Assembly: GCA_051530055.1 (NCBI GenBank) | Contig: CM121341.1 | Location: 16,036,784 to 16,100,783, forward strand | Length of the DNA stretch: 64,000 nucleotides | Source: Neoechinorhynchus agilis | Lineage: Eukaryota > Animalia > Acanthocephala | Reading direction: 5' to 3' | Part shown: piece by piece, positions 1 through 11,601 of the stretch | How the letters are laid out: the number at the start of each line of letters is the position of its first letter | How positions within the stretch are numbered: the first letter of the stretch is position 1 | The notes under the pieces: model-generated | What the model was told of the DNA's origin: nothing | Seen by the model: only the letters and a program-made list of their open reading frames with translations | Databases searched by the model: none | Program-made: the position numbers and the translations under genes

Positions 1-1000
1 ACTGGGCTGCTGCACATCCTGCGGGCGCGGAAGCTATTGTCCACGCGCTCCAAAACTATACTACGATGAGTTCAAAGCCGTGCGTGATTCTTGAGGGATC
101 ACGCACCAGAAGCCTTCGCGACTCCTTTGCTTTTCGAAAACCACCTCATTTCGTCCGAAAGAGGAGCGAAGCAAGGAGATCCTCTCAGTCCAATCGCATT
201 CTCCCTAACAGTAAATCCAATAGAGCACTCTCTCCATTCCAGCTTCAACGCTTGGTACTTGGATGATGCTACGCTCGAAGGTGATCCCTCCGTTGTACTG
301 CGCGATTTGGAGACGCTAATTAGGGAGACCTCGAGAATGGGCATTGAGCTCAATGCTGGAAAGTGTGAGCTTCTAGTATTAAATATCGAAGACGCCGCCA
401 AAGTCAAGAAGCTAATGGATGAGTTCGAGGCCATAGCTCCAGGTCTAAAACTCGTGACTCCAGAGCAACTCAGCCTCCTATGTAGTTGCGTCTTCGATTC
501 AAATGTGGAAGATGAGATCGGCCATATCATACCGAAACTTTCGTTGCTGTGCGATAGGGTCAGCGCTCTCTCGGCTCATGAAGCCTTGTTTCTCATAAAG
601 AACGCGCTCTTCATCCCAAATTATTGTACAAGGTTCGCACAGCAACATTTTTCAAACATAAGGAAGGATTGGCTAAGCTCGACGACAAGGTGAGGGCTTG
701 TCTCGAGCGTATTTTAAATGTCTAGCTCTGTGCCTGTATCATCTGGGGGATTGGGTGTTCGGGCGCTAGTAGACCTTGCCTTGCCAGCCTTTCTTGTTAC
801 CAGTATCGAAGAAAATTCTGAGAGAAAAGTTTTGTCTTGACCAAGACTTTGTGGTGGCAGTTGAAGAATGGTGCCAGCAGACAGGCGCTAACCAAGTCCC
901 CGTGAATGGCCTCAGACAGTCGATCTGGGACAGACCTCTCGTCGCGAGAGCTCACAGCTCTCTACCTTCAGGTTCTCGCGATGGGGTCGTCCGAGTTAGA
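1..1000 (+). mobile_element. Degenerate CRE-clade non-LTR retrotransposon fragment (RT region, subfamily A)
   Basis: Colinear with 21230-22345 (QGDPL, YLDD, GKCELL motifs), with frameshifts and small deletions near 725 and 795. It stops at about 1000 and continues off the left edge of the window. Confidence 0.9.
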
Positions 1001-1029
1001 GGACACAGCGATACTCGTTTAAGTTGACT

Positions 1030-1975
1030 CAGCAAATATAAGCATCGAAATTTAATTGAGCTAAAAAGTTACTGATTGTTACATAAAATTAATCCGCCCG
1101 AAAAACTTGGATCCTTCAATCCTTTATTTTTCAGAATATTTCTTTGTTTGATGCAATTTTATCGTTCATTTTTTAAATATCCAACACAACATTTTTGGGA
1201 ATAAATCGTTGCCTGGCCTAATTATTGAGCGAGATGTTTTTACAGCGCTGAAGCTTTTAGTTGCACTGTTTTATTAATTTGGACGTATAAGCGCTGTTCG
1301 TCTTTCCGAAGATCCTTTATATGACAACCAATAAATTCGAGGTTATTCAGAGTGCATCAAAATTAGAATCTCGTTCAACAAGGGTCAAACATCCTTGTGA
1401 ATTGGTTTCTATTTTTTTTGGTCGACGGCAATACGGTACTATTCAAATATCCACTTTGTGAAAGTCAAGAAAGTTCGTGGACTAACCTTCCTGAGCCATC
1501 CGATAAAGCCTTTCATGATCTCTACTATTCGGACTTGTTTAAGGACAGTGACGATGAGGCATTCGCAAGTCAGAGTTATACACCCGACGACAAAGAACAA
1601 GTTGCGAGGTATTCCAAAAACTCACCATTGATATCGGCCTAAAAAAATTATTTAGATTATGCGACGAGGATATAGTTTTTGTCCAAAAGTCTTAATATTC
1701 GTGAAGATCATAGCGCAAGAGTAGATAATCTCTACTTTTTGTCCATCGGAACCTCGAATATCCGTGGCCGACTTAAAAATTCGATTTGCTGGATCCGAAA
1801 CGACAACTGAATTTGTCAGTATTGGTGTAATTTTGAATGTAAGCGTCTTGTCACGAATCTTCAAAAGAATATGTTTATTATTAGTCTACGTTTACCGACG
1901 AGTGGATTATTCAATCATATAAATAGGAACAAGACAATCGTCTTTTACTTATGGCAATTATTTTGTTCCTCGAAA
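1030..1975 (+). pseudogene. NPRL3: Inverted partial duplicate of the NPRL3 promoter and 5' exons
   Basis: About 93-94% identical by eye to the reverse complement of 38224-39170. ATG at 1321. An extra T in the T-run at 1412-1419 causes a frameshift, there is a ~14-nt deletion near 1745, and the copy is truncated at ~1975. Confidence 0.85.
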
Positions 1976-1994
1976 ATTGAACTTTTATTTTAAT

Positions 1995-2230
1995 CGAAAT
2001 CACTTCTCATAAAGACAAAATACAGCGTCCTGGGTTGAAATAATTATTTCGTTCCCTGTGGCGTCGTGACACTCGAGTCGTTTGGTACCGCCGCCCAGGA
2101 CCTCGTCAAGCAATTTTCGAGCAAAACATAAACCTGACTGTGCAACGGGAAACGCTAGATCCGTTCTTTCGATCACTACACCAGGACGACAGCTGAGTGA
2201 TCCATTGCTGCTGCGTGAATGTTTATAAAC
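1995..2230 (+). mobile_element. CRE-clade 3' fragment (subfamily B), duplicated with the NPRL3 locus
   Basis: Translates to KY..NYFVPCGV.TL.SFG...(N)ISL.VQR-like RLE C-terminus. It shares both non-TE flanks with the copy at 35960-36245. Confidence 0.8.
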
Positions 2231-2390
2231 TCTTTTTGTTTCCAAAACCTTTAAAAACGAAGATTTAAATTTTATTTCATCAAGCGTTGTTTTGAACAAT
2301 ATTCGAAAATGATTGCAGAGCTTCTTGATTGAATCTTGATGGCCAATTGCTATCCAGCATGCGAAATTAAGAACAGAATCGGGCAGATTA

Positions 2391-3186
2391 TAATAATAAC
2401 ACGTTTATTTGTTAATTAACAAAGAATAGGACTATGTACCTTTGGGTGTTCAGATTTGATCATTAAGTGCGATTGTTTATTTTGGATTGGATTACGGGTT
2501 CGGTCTGGGGTGCCCATCTGGGTGGGAATTGGCGGATATTGTTTGCAAGACGGAGGGAGGGGCGAGGAATGGGAGGAGGAAACGAATTGGAATTACGAGT
2601 GTTGTACTCGTGTGAGAAGGAGATAAAATGTGGATAAAAATGTGGTGGTAGGGTTGGGAGGCGTTTTGATTGTTTGATGAAAATTTTATAAAGGCATTTG
2701 GTTAGGGGAGAAAATCCACTGTGCAAATTTTGGAGGCTCTTCTATGAAACATTTCAATGCGATAAATTTGTGATTGGGAGAAGTTGTAAAAGACGGGATA
2801 GCCGCAGGTGAGGGAGAGTCAGGTAAAGTTGTAGTAAAATTTGGAGAGATCGGGCGAAAGGACTCCTAAATGGCGGAAGCGCTTGAGGAGGTAAATTTAA
2901 AAGGTATTGCGTTTGAGGGAAAGTGTAATGTGCGAGTCCCATTTTAGATTTGATTGAAATTGGAGATTTCGAGAAATCTTTGATGTGTGTGATTTCGTTA
3001 GAGGTTATCTAGAGGGAGAGGTGGCTTAGTGATTGAGTGACGAGGGTGAGATCATCTGCGTATAAGAAAAGTTTGGAGCTGGACGAGCGAGGTTTAAGGT
3101 CGTTTAGAAAAATATTAAAAAGAAGTGGTGACAGGACGGCACCTCGAGGTACATCTTTGGTGAGGAATAGGGTGATCGAGGGTTAC
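2391..3186 (-). mobile_element. Decayed LINE (CR1/L2/Jockey-type) RT 3' fragment
   Basis: The minus strand reads KDVPRGAVLSPLLFNIFLND...LYADD, then HEYNTRN, and ends in AATAAA plus a (TTA)3 tail. It interrupts sequence that is contiguous at 35860-35880. Confidence 0.8.
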
Positions 3187-3364
3187 CTTGCGAATATCGG
3201 TAAAATTTGGTTCTAGTGGTGAGGTCAACAATGTCAATTAAAACGCAAACTAAGTATAAATATGGTGCTTATTTGTAATAAAAACTAAAGTAGACATTAT
3301 AGTAGTCGAATCCTTGCATTGTCGTTAGATACTCGGAGTGTTGCCCCTCATTTTTATAAATAGA

Positions 3365-4000
3365 GAATCGGGATCATAGCTCGACGTTTTGCTCAATGAA
3401 CGCTTGGGAACATTACTAGATGACGAGACATTGCGCATCCCATTTTGCCTCAGGTTCGGATTGAATATCTGCTTCATCCCGCACCAATGTCGTTGTGGCT
3501 CACATGTAGACAAAACTGGCACACGTGTGCTCTGTCGCGGACGCTCTGCAGGGAGGCTCCCGAGACACTCGGCTCCCAGCGTCCTCGAGCCAAGCAATCT
3601 AAGACGCCTCGATGGAAAACGTCCGGACTGAATGACCGTCTTCCCCTGGAGCCACAGACGCTGTCGTATGTGGGACGCGACACGCACCGACACTTTGGCC
3701 AAGAGCAACTTCGAAGTTGCGAAAAAAGGCGCCGGCAAAGTCGCTACTGCTGCAGAACTAAGGAAAGTTGCCAAATACAGCAACTTCGCTGCAGATTTTA
3801 TCTTCGCTCCGTTCAGCGTCGAAACCTATGGGTCGCTGGGGGAGACGGCCTTGGCACTGACCAATTAAATAGATCTGCGATTGGCAAGAATAACAAAGAA
3901 TAACCGCGAACCGATGTTTTTGCGTCAAAACATCAGCCTTGCCGTGCAGCGGGAAAACACCCCGAGCTTCCGTATGGCGGCCGTGGTGTGAGCGAATTAA
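3365..4000 (+). mobile_element. CRE-clade retrotransposon fragment (subfamily C; zinc knuckle plus RLE)
   Basis: HQCRCG...RH, LDGKRPD*, WDATRTDTLA, FAPFSVETYGSLG and RQNISLAVQR motifs, with stop codons and deletions. Confidence 0.85.
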
Positions 4001-4239
4001 GTGTTTTGTGGTTATAAAACTTGTAGAATAAATGTGTTTTATTCATCACTTATTCAGCGAAGTGTGCAATGAACACAAGTTCAATAAATTCAAAATGCTT
4101 TATTGAGTTTCGCATTTTGTCATGTGATTGTTTCAATCATAGCATTTATGTAAGAAGGCGATTTAATGAAACGCCAAAAAACGATACGTGATTGTAAAAT
4201 CTTTAAGATACTGGCCAATGAGAAGGAAAGCAGCGGTGT

Positions 4240-4460
4240 AAGATCCATTCCGTTATTCCACGATTTTAAGAAAGAACAGGAATTGTGAGAGTATGTTCAG
4301 CAAGTGGAGGAGTATTTGGAATCCAATGGGATCAACGACGATAAAACTAAAAAAATCGAGTATATTAGAGTGGATAGGTGCTGAGGCTTTTAAAATAATA
4401 AAGAAACTAACAGCAGCCTAGGACATGTCAACGTTATTATTCAAGGAAATATTGCTTATC
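4240..4460 (+). mobile_element. Ty3/gypsy gag N-terminal remnant
   Basis: Translates, with stops and a frameshift, as EL*EYVQQVEEYLESNGINDDKTK..ILEWIGAEAFKIIKKL. This resembles the gypsy gag pattern W..Y.ER.E.YF.AN.I.D.K..LL..IG...Y..L..L. Confidence 0.55.
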
Positions 4461-5259
4461 GTTCCTGGCTGCGCTTTCAACTCTGGCTCACAACTTCTTC
4501 AAGTCGTGTAAAACTCGTCTGGTTATTGTCCCTCCTTGCTATCTAATGTTAGCAAAACAAAAATAGGTGCAGAAACGTTCTACCAGAATCATCAAAGTCA
4601 CAAAGGATGATTGCGATCTCCTGTTGCACAATCAATTTTATCGTATTTATCTAAATCATACGGAAACTCAAATGGTTCAGTTTAGCTAAGCCATTCTTTA
4701 AACAACCAAAAGCTATCTTATGATAAAATAGCTCTTCTCACACTTCGGTATCCATTTTATGCCAGAAAATATTATTTTAAAGATCTTTAGTTAGTCATTA
4801 TAATTCACCAATTAATAGATTTGCTTTGTTGCATTACATTTCAACATACTTCATATTTTGGAAATACCATCTAATGCTACAATCACAAGCGTCGCGATAA
4901 GCGCGCACTTTCTAAAACATTAGTATTTTCCCAAACTTATGAAATTTTGAAATTAAAATGCCAAAAGTAGTATTCTACGGTTAACTTCGATTATTTTTTA
5001 TATGAAATATGTTTTTTTGCAAAAGATGAGATGGTAAAACTGTAGTTTAACTTCAATATGTCCTTTTAATGCATAAAAAAATTTTCTCGTCATATTTCGT
5101 CAAATTTCGTCAAATTTCGCATTTGATCTTTTACAAGTATTTAATAGCTTCAACATTGTCCGCAACTTGCTCGCCTATGTAAGAATTAATAACTTTGGTT
5201 AAGTCTCAATGATGCAAATAAACATTTTAAATTTAGATGTCATAATTTCTTCCATTCTT

Positions 5260-5945
5260 ATCATTCGGACCAACTGGGCATCCACTTACCCAAGCAAAGA
5301 GAAAATGCTCGAGTCATTGGCACCGCAATCATATCCTGTCAAAAGAGGTTATACGGCTATCCATCATGCAGTGCAAGAATGAAACTTTCGAGTACACCGA
5401 AACGTAGGCATTGAGCATTGACAACCATTTGAATAGAGCTCATTCTTCGGTTCCCAGCATATTTAGATGAGTTGAACCTTCAAAACGGCAGAAATTTGCA
5501 TTTTTTACTTGTAGAAATTCAAAGGATGAATCTTTTGACATTCATTGTTCGGGTTCAATTGTTTCCACGTGTATTTAAGTAAACTACATGCAAAGTGCGA
5601 AAACTAAAAAGAACAACTATCAAGCGAGATTTCAAATATGGACAAGATGACGATTCTTTGGATTGTACTCCTTGTGCTCCTAGGACCAAATTTCATCTTT
5701 GTGTTAATCGGGAAGCTAATTTACAAATTTATTATGTCCAGGAAACTCGGCGGAGGTACAACTATGTCTCCTGAAGAAGGCAAAGAAGAAAGCCCAAACA
5801 AGTAGAGTAAATTCAAGAACTCACAATTGAGAGCTGGTATTCTCGAACAAACTTATTTCACGATTAAATCGATAAATATAAGTGTGTCCGCGGGGATTGG
5901 ATTTTGATAGAGAACTTCGTTTCGTTAGCAGCACATTAAAAGAAG
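5260..5945 (+). repeat. Dispersed repeat/small-gene family member with a 55-aa single-TM ORF (5638-5805)
   Basis: Homologous to 45344-45860 (-) and 60660-61480 (-). The ORF MDKMTILWIVLLVLLGPNFIFVLIGKLIY... shares the GPN(Y/F) motif with those copies. Confidence 0.55.
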
Positions 5946-6051
5946 GGTACTTAGGTATTATATCGACCACACCTAATTTTCTTTTCGTGTTTATAGTTGC
6001 ATTTGTGCATTCGTTCGCAAGTGTGGTCGATATAATTAATACCTAAGTACC
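5946..6051. mobile_element. MITE with ~27-bp terminal inverted repeats
   Basis: ggtacttaggtatta(..)tatcgaccacac at the left end and its reverse complement at the right end. TA flanks both ends within a GG-TA-CC context. Confidence 0.75.
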
Positions 6052-6452
6052 AAAAGAATTAAATCGACTGCTTTTAGTCTTAGGATCCGTTATAATAGAC
6101 TTTTTGAAATGAACTAAAGATAAAGGATAAGACTATTGGAATGGTATTCATAGTCGTCTTAATCCAGTTGAGGATCTTTTCGTGTGGACTGAAATTCAGG
6201 TTGCGTACAGCATAAGCTTTTACGTAATAATTAAGTTAGTTCAATTGGCTGCTTAAAACACTTCGTATAATGATTAATTACATTCGATCGATAGTGGTAT
6301 GATTTGGGTGATCGATTCTGTATAATAATACACATTCATGAATGGCCTATATAAGTCCACTGCACACGGTCCCGTTAGATAATAACTTGTTTATTCAAAC
6401 AAAGTGAAATATCCGCAAAGGACTATAATAAGTGTTGAAAAGATAATTCATT

Positions 6453-6508
6453 GTTATTTGTTGATAGGAGAGAAATGAATTCATTTATCTCTCCTATCAA
6501 CAAATAAC
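6453..6508. repeat. Near-perfect 56-nt palindrome
   Basis: gttatttgttgataggagagaaatgaa|ttcattt(at)ctctcctatcaacaaataac. A 13-bp direct repeat actataataagtg lies at 6422-6434 and 6507-6519. Confidence 0.9.
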
Positions 6509-7267
6509 TATAATAAGTGACATAGCGACTTTTGTTTTTCATGTGACATTAAGGGTCATCGATGATGGAAGTGGGGCGAGTATAACTAAACAAGTCCTTG
6601 AAATTATCATTCTTTTAGTTCGATCGTTTTCCTTAATCTTCGAATAGACATAATGAAAGCGTTTGTATTCGTACAACTAATATATTTATAAGACATTTTC
6701 AGTAGTATTTCCCGATACGTTGGTACGCGCACAAGCACCAATATACAAAGGACTTAAGCTCTAAAATAATTTTCAAATGTTGTTTTTATATAATCGTAGA
6801 TCATGTAATTCTCCAATATGCTGCTGGCTTTCAAAAGCAGTCGAAAGGGAAAAACAAGTACACTCGTTCACTTATCGAACATAACAAGCCGCAGATTACA
6901 AAAGCGATAAGTAATAATATTTAGTTGCCTTTCTCACATTTTCCCAATTCCTAACTACTCGTAATTTTCATTTAATAAAAAACCGAAAGAGGCTATTACT
7001 TTTGTATCAAAACATTTTAAACTCCATATTCAGAATGAATTGAGTTCATTAATTTATAATTTTGCATGAATTTACGTGCCTCAAATTATTCGTCTTATCT
7101 CCATCGAAGAATATCCCTACGTGTTTATGCACGAAGTGAATGCGTTATGTTCTGCGCTTTTTCGCTTGTCATCTTAACAATAAGCTAGATGCTCAGCATT
7201 CATTTTGCCAGAATTTTTTCTGTGATTTACAATTTTTAATCTGCTCACTTTTTGATAATTATTTTTG

Positions 7268-7728
7268 ATGCAAACTTTTATAAAACTTCTAATCCCGTTT
7301 TTTATTGTGACCTGCGCGATATGCGCCTCGCAAATAGAGCAACAAAGTTTCCGGCGCAGATTAAATGCAATAGCAAGAGACTCAAAACGAGACGTAAATC
7401 AAGAAGTTCAGAGTTTGTGGGAACATTATAAAGAGGCATTCGGTGAGTCTTCAAAAAAATAGTATTCCTAATATAATTCGGCTTATAGGAAAAATTGGAT
7501 ACACAGCTCAAGAGGAAGGACAGCGATTCGGATTGTTCTTTAAAAACGTGGTTAAGGCAGTAGATCAACGCAGAAGACAATTGAAAATTAAGAGTGGTAT
7601 AGCAAGGACTCTTGGTCTTGACAGAATGGCGGAATGGGTAAGTCAGTTCGAACGATCGTTATTCCTTCTATTTCGAATTAAAGACTGAAGAAAGAGCAAG
7701 GAAGTTTAAAGAAGCAGTTGTAGAATGA
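7268..7728 (+). CDS. Secreted stand-alone cathepsin propeptide-like inhibitor (Inhibitor I29; CTLA-2/crammer-like), ~122 aa
   Basis: Exons 7268-7442, 7489-7637 and 7684-7728 with two 46-nt GT-AG introns. Signal peptide, then LWEHYKEAFGKIGYTAQEEGQRFGLFFKNV...GLDRMAEWTEE (ERFNIN- and GNFD-like motifs), then a stop codon. Confidence 0.75.
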
Positions 7729-7964
7729 TAATACGGCGGTGTTCCCTAGACGCGTACTGTTTCTAGCCGTTATATCTTAAAAATAAAGTTAAAACAAGTA
7801 ATCAGAGCTTGAATTTTAAAAAATGGTAATTAAATATTCCAAACATCATTTATTTTCATATTTAACGAGCAAAATGTCGTCTTTACGGTCTTACCGTGAA
7901 GCACTATAAATTTATGGTTACAGCAGCTCGATAAAATAAACATTATCCGCATGTTGATATGTGA

Positions 7965-8095
7965 AGCACCGGGGTATATGATTAGAAGTAACCTCGTTAG
8001 CAAACTGATGATGAACCCGACGAGGCTCGAAACGCTTAAAGAAATAATTTTATGAGTCAAGACCTAAACAACACTTCTAAACGTTATCCGATTAT
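7965..8095. mobile_element. Deleted copy of the long-TIR MITE family (see 14186-14416)
   Basis: Contains tgttgatatgtg..ccggggtatatgattag and aaactgatgatgaacccgacgagg..cgaaacg. Confidence 0.65.
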
Positions 8096-9199
8096 TTGGG
8101 GGCTCGTCGGTTGTTATTGATAGACATGTCGTGATAATTCAATCAGATGCATACAAACCTTAAAGGCGAGGTGGTCGTGAAGCAATGCTGATATTTGCAA
8201 TATTATTTTGTTAAGAAAACTGCCACCTTTTTACTTATGGAGGGATAAATCTTAAATAAATAAATCAAAGTGGAACTGACAGTATAAATACTGGATTATT
8301 CATCATTTAAAATGTACAAATTTATCTGCAATGATAACTTGGTCCATTTCTCAAACCTTTGCACGTAAAAGTCCTTTAGTTCACCGGTCCAGGTACAAGG
8401 TAATGAGTCCAAATGCTTCATAAAGAACTGACAGTGCCCTATTTTGATTGCAATTTATTTTTTATTAACCATTTTGGATGCTATCACTCCGTAAATTATA
8501 TGCAATAAGCATTGCCACTATTATGAAATATAATGTTCAATAAAAAATTAAACAGTGAAAGATTCCATTAACAGTGTTAGTATTTTTAGAAGAGATTTGA
8601 GGAGACAAGTTAAACAAGGGTTCCGTAGGTAATTTATCTGCTCCTCGTATTTTGAAATGTCTTGACCAAAGGAAAATTTCGAAATTCCACCAAAAACGGA
8701 TGAAAGCACCTTAAAATATTATTGAATAAGAAAGGCAAACATTTTTGGGAATGAAAATTAAGAACGAAGGAAATGACATGATCAACTTTTTTGACACACC
8801 TTATGAAATTTGAAAAGAAAAGCAATCTTATCAGTAAGTAATTCTAATTTTTTGAATTCTTATGCTTTGAATACGATCCCCCAAATCGCGAATGACAGCT
8901 GAACACGGCAATAACAGCAGAGTTACCTTGAGATAGATTTTAATATTCATCAAAGTATGTTATAAATAAGTACTTCGTAGCATTTGTTCATTTTCTACTT
9001 CGTTTTAGAGTCGCAATAACCAAGAAGGCGAGCTTTAAGACTTATTCACAGTCATGGCATTTGAATATGCAATTTTCGATCACATTTTGCAATTTATCAA
9101 CTTTATTTTTTTCCGCCATATAAAAACAACTGAACAATCAACGATTGTCGAATTTCGGCGAATCTAAGCGTTCTATCAAACAATCTCTTTGAAGCACAC

Positions 9200-10405
9200 T
9201 CACCACATCCCGCCAAATTCCAGCTTTTGTCTTTCTTCGACCTTCGCCATCACGCTGGCGGCATTGCCTCGTTGTACTGCCAGCGAGATATTTTGTCGAA
9301 GGAATACGCCTGCTCTTGAGTCTCCGGTTGCCTCTCTCAATTTCTTCGAGAGATCCTCGAGTAGAGAGAGTGCCGAGCTGCCGAGCGCTCCATACGTCTC
9401 TACCCCAAAGGGGACAAAATAGTGAGCCCTCGATAAGTGAAGATATTTCCGTTTTTTCCTCCCTTCCGCTGCACTGGCGGCACCACCGGCGATTTCGAGG
9501 GAGTAGGGGATGTTGCTGGCTGCGAGAGTGTCCACACACGTGGCGTCCCCGAGAAGGTATTTGCCCTCCCGCCACGGGAAGACCGAAATCCCATCGGGCC
9601 TACGGTCGTCTAGTCGACAAAGGTGGGCGGGTTCCAGGATGTTCGGGAAGTTCGCCGTTCTCAACGCCCGAGAAATTGCGTTATTGATTTCAGAATGGCG
9701 TGAGAACCTTCCTCCTGACCTTCTGCAGACGGAACCGTGTCGCCCGAAAGCATCAACCAAAGACCCACATCGACAGCGATGGGGCGTGCATATCGGGAGA
9801 CCAAGTCTTAAGGATACTGCGATCCTCGTTACCTTATCAGTAATAAGAGTTCCCACCGATGCCAGAGGAACAGCCTCCAACCACGCCCCAGATTCTCGTG
9901 TTGAAACTGCCAACAGTCTAGCTCGGACGACCCCATCGCGAGAACCGGAAAGTAGAGAGCTGTGAGCTCTCGCGACAAGAGGTCCGTCCCAGATCGACTG
10001 TCTGAGGTCATTCACGGGAACATGGTTAGCGCCTGTCTGCTGGCACCATTCCTCAACCGCCACCACGAAATCCCGGTCAAGACAGAACTTTTCCTTCAAA
10101 ATTTTCTTCGATACTGGTAGGCTCCCCTAAAACGATCCAAGAAAGGCCGGCAAAGCAAGGTCCACTAGTGCCGAATCCCGAATCCCCCAGATGACACAGG
10201 CAAAGAAGCTTGTCGCCACGCCTCATCTGAAAGCTGGACATTTAAAGTACGCTCGAGACAAGCCCTCACCTTGCCGTCGAACTTAGCCAAACCTTCCTTA
10301 TGTTTGAAAAATGTTGCTGTGCGAACCTTGTGCAATAATTTGGGAATGAAGAGCGCGTTCTTTATGAGAAACAAGGCTTCATTAGCCGAGAGAGCGCACA
10401 CCCAA
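9200..10405 (-). mobile_element. 5'-truncated CRE-clade retrotransposon (subfamily A) with one frameshift
   Basis: ORFs 10165-10410 and 9200-10099 are colinear with the C-terminal part of 21034-23073. Possible TSD acaatct at 9180-9186 and 10407-10413. Confidence 0.9.
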
Positions 10406-10967
10406 TACAATCTAAATCGATTTTCAACATGTCTTGATTAGAATTTACATTCCTCTCGTCTCGACATGGGCATGACAATCGCAACTGAATTTAGCGTGGA
10501 CGCATCAGAAATGCACTTAGTCTGTGCATGATGCCATCAGACAGTGGGAAGTTATTCAGTGATAGGGTACGAGCCTTTTTCCTCAAAAATACTAAATCTC
10601 CTCGTCCAGCAGACTAAATTTGCAATCTGTACGTTTTTAAGAATGCACCTTATACCGATTTTTTCTTAACTTTTTGGATAACCTTACTTGAGACATCACA
10701 TTTTTGCACCTATTTTAAACCGACAATAGGTCGAACGAATAAAGCACTAATTTTTGGTTCCACTGTCAATCACTTGAAAATCTTTTCATGTTTATGCACA
10801 AGTATTACGATGTATACACATAAACATTCGGATGTGAGTTTCGGCAACACTGCTGCGTCTGCGATTATCATATTAACGAGACAGCAAAAAAATTAAAAAG
10901 TTTGTTTCCGTAGTTGTGTTTGCATTTCATGATTCTACGTTTAACAACTCACGATTGTTTTTTTTTG

Positions 10968-11356
10968 ATGCGAGCACCATTTGTGTGTGTCATAACATTG
11001 CTGCTGGTGATTTCTACTGTGAGCTGGACATGGTATGAAGACCGAGAGTCAAGAACAACTCTAAAGGAATCGGATTACGAAGTAAAGAGAGAATTTACGA
11101 ATTTGTGGGATAGTTGTAAAAAGGCATTTCGTATGCCATTGATTTTTGCTTAGAATATTCGTTCGCCAATATCTTAGGAGCATTGGGAAATTCGATCACA
11201 AGTGAAGGAAAAAAATTGGGCACGTTTCTAAAGAACTCTTTCAAACGCGTAGACATTGATAGAAGGAGATTCATTGATCCGTTTTATGTAAGTCATCTTC
11301 GAATATTTCAAGTGATCAATTAATGTATTCAGTACGATGATGGTGAGAGAATTTGA
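10968..11356 (+). CDS. Divergent paralogue of the I29-like inhibitor at 7268, ~98 aa
   Basis: Same three-exon layout (10968-11130, 11178-11287, 11333-11356; 47- and 45-nt GT-AG introns in the same phases). Signal peptide and LWDSCKKAF...EGKKLGTFLKNSFKRVD. Confidence 0.6.
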
Positions 11357-11601
11357 AGAAAATTTGTGTCGTTTAGAAAATAAATCAACACACATTTTGA
11401 TTATTTTACCGGTCGGTAGTTTTAAGACTGAAACCTAGCCAGAATTTTTAGAGGCCTCTAAATGAATTCTGTAGGACTGAGAAGAAAAATCGTTCTTGAA
11501 CCCCTGGTTGCTGTGTGATACGAGAAAATTGAAAAATTATTTTGCGCAAGCTGTGCGAGTTTATTTTCTTAAAAACTTTGTATTTCAGCTACATAAGTGG
11601 T

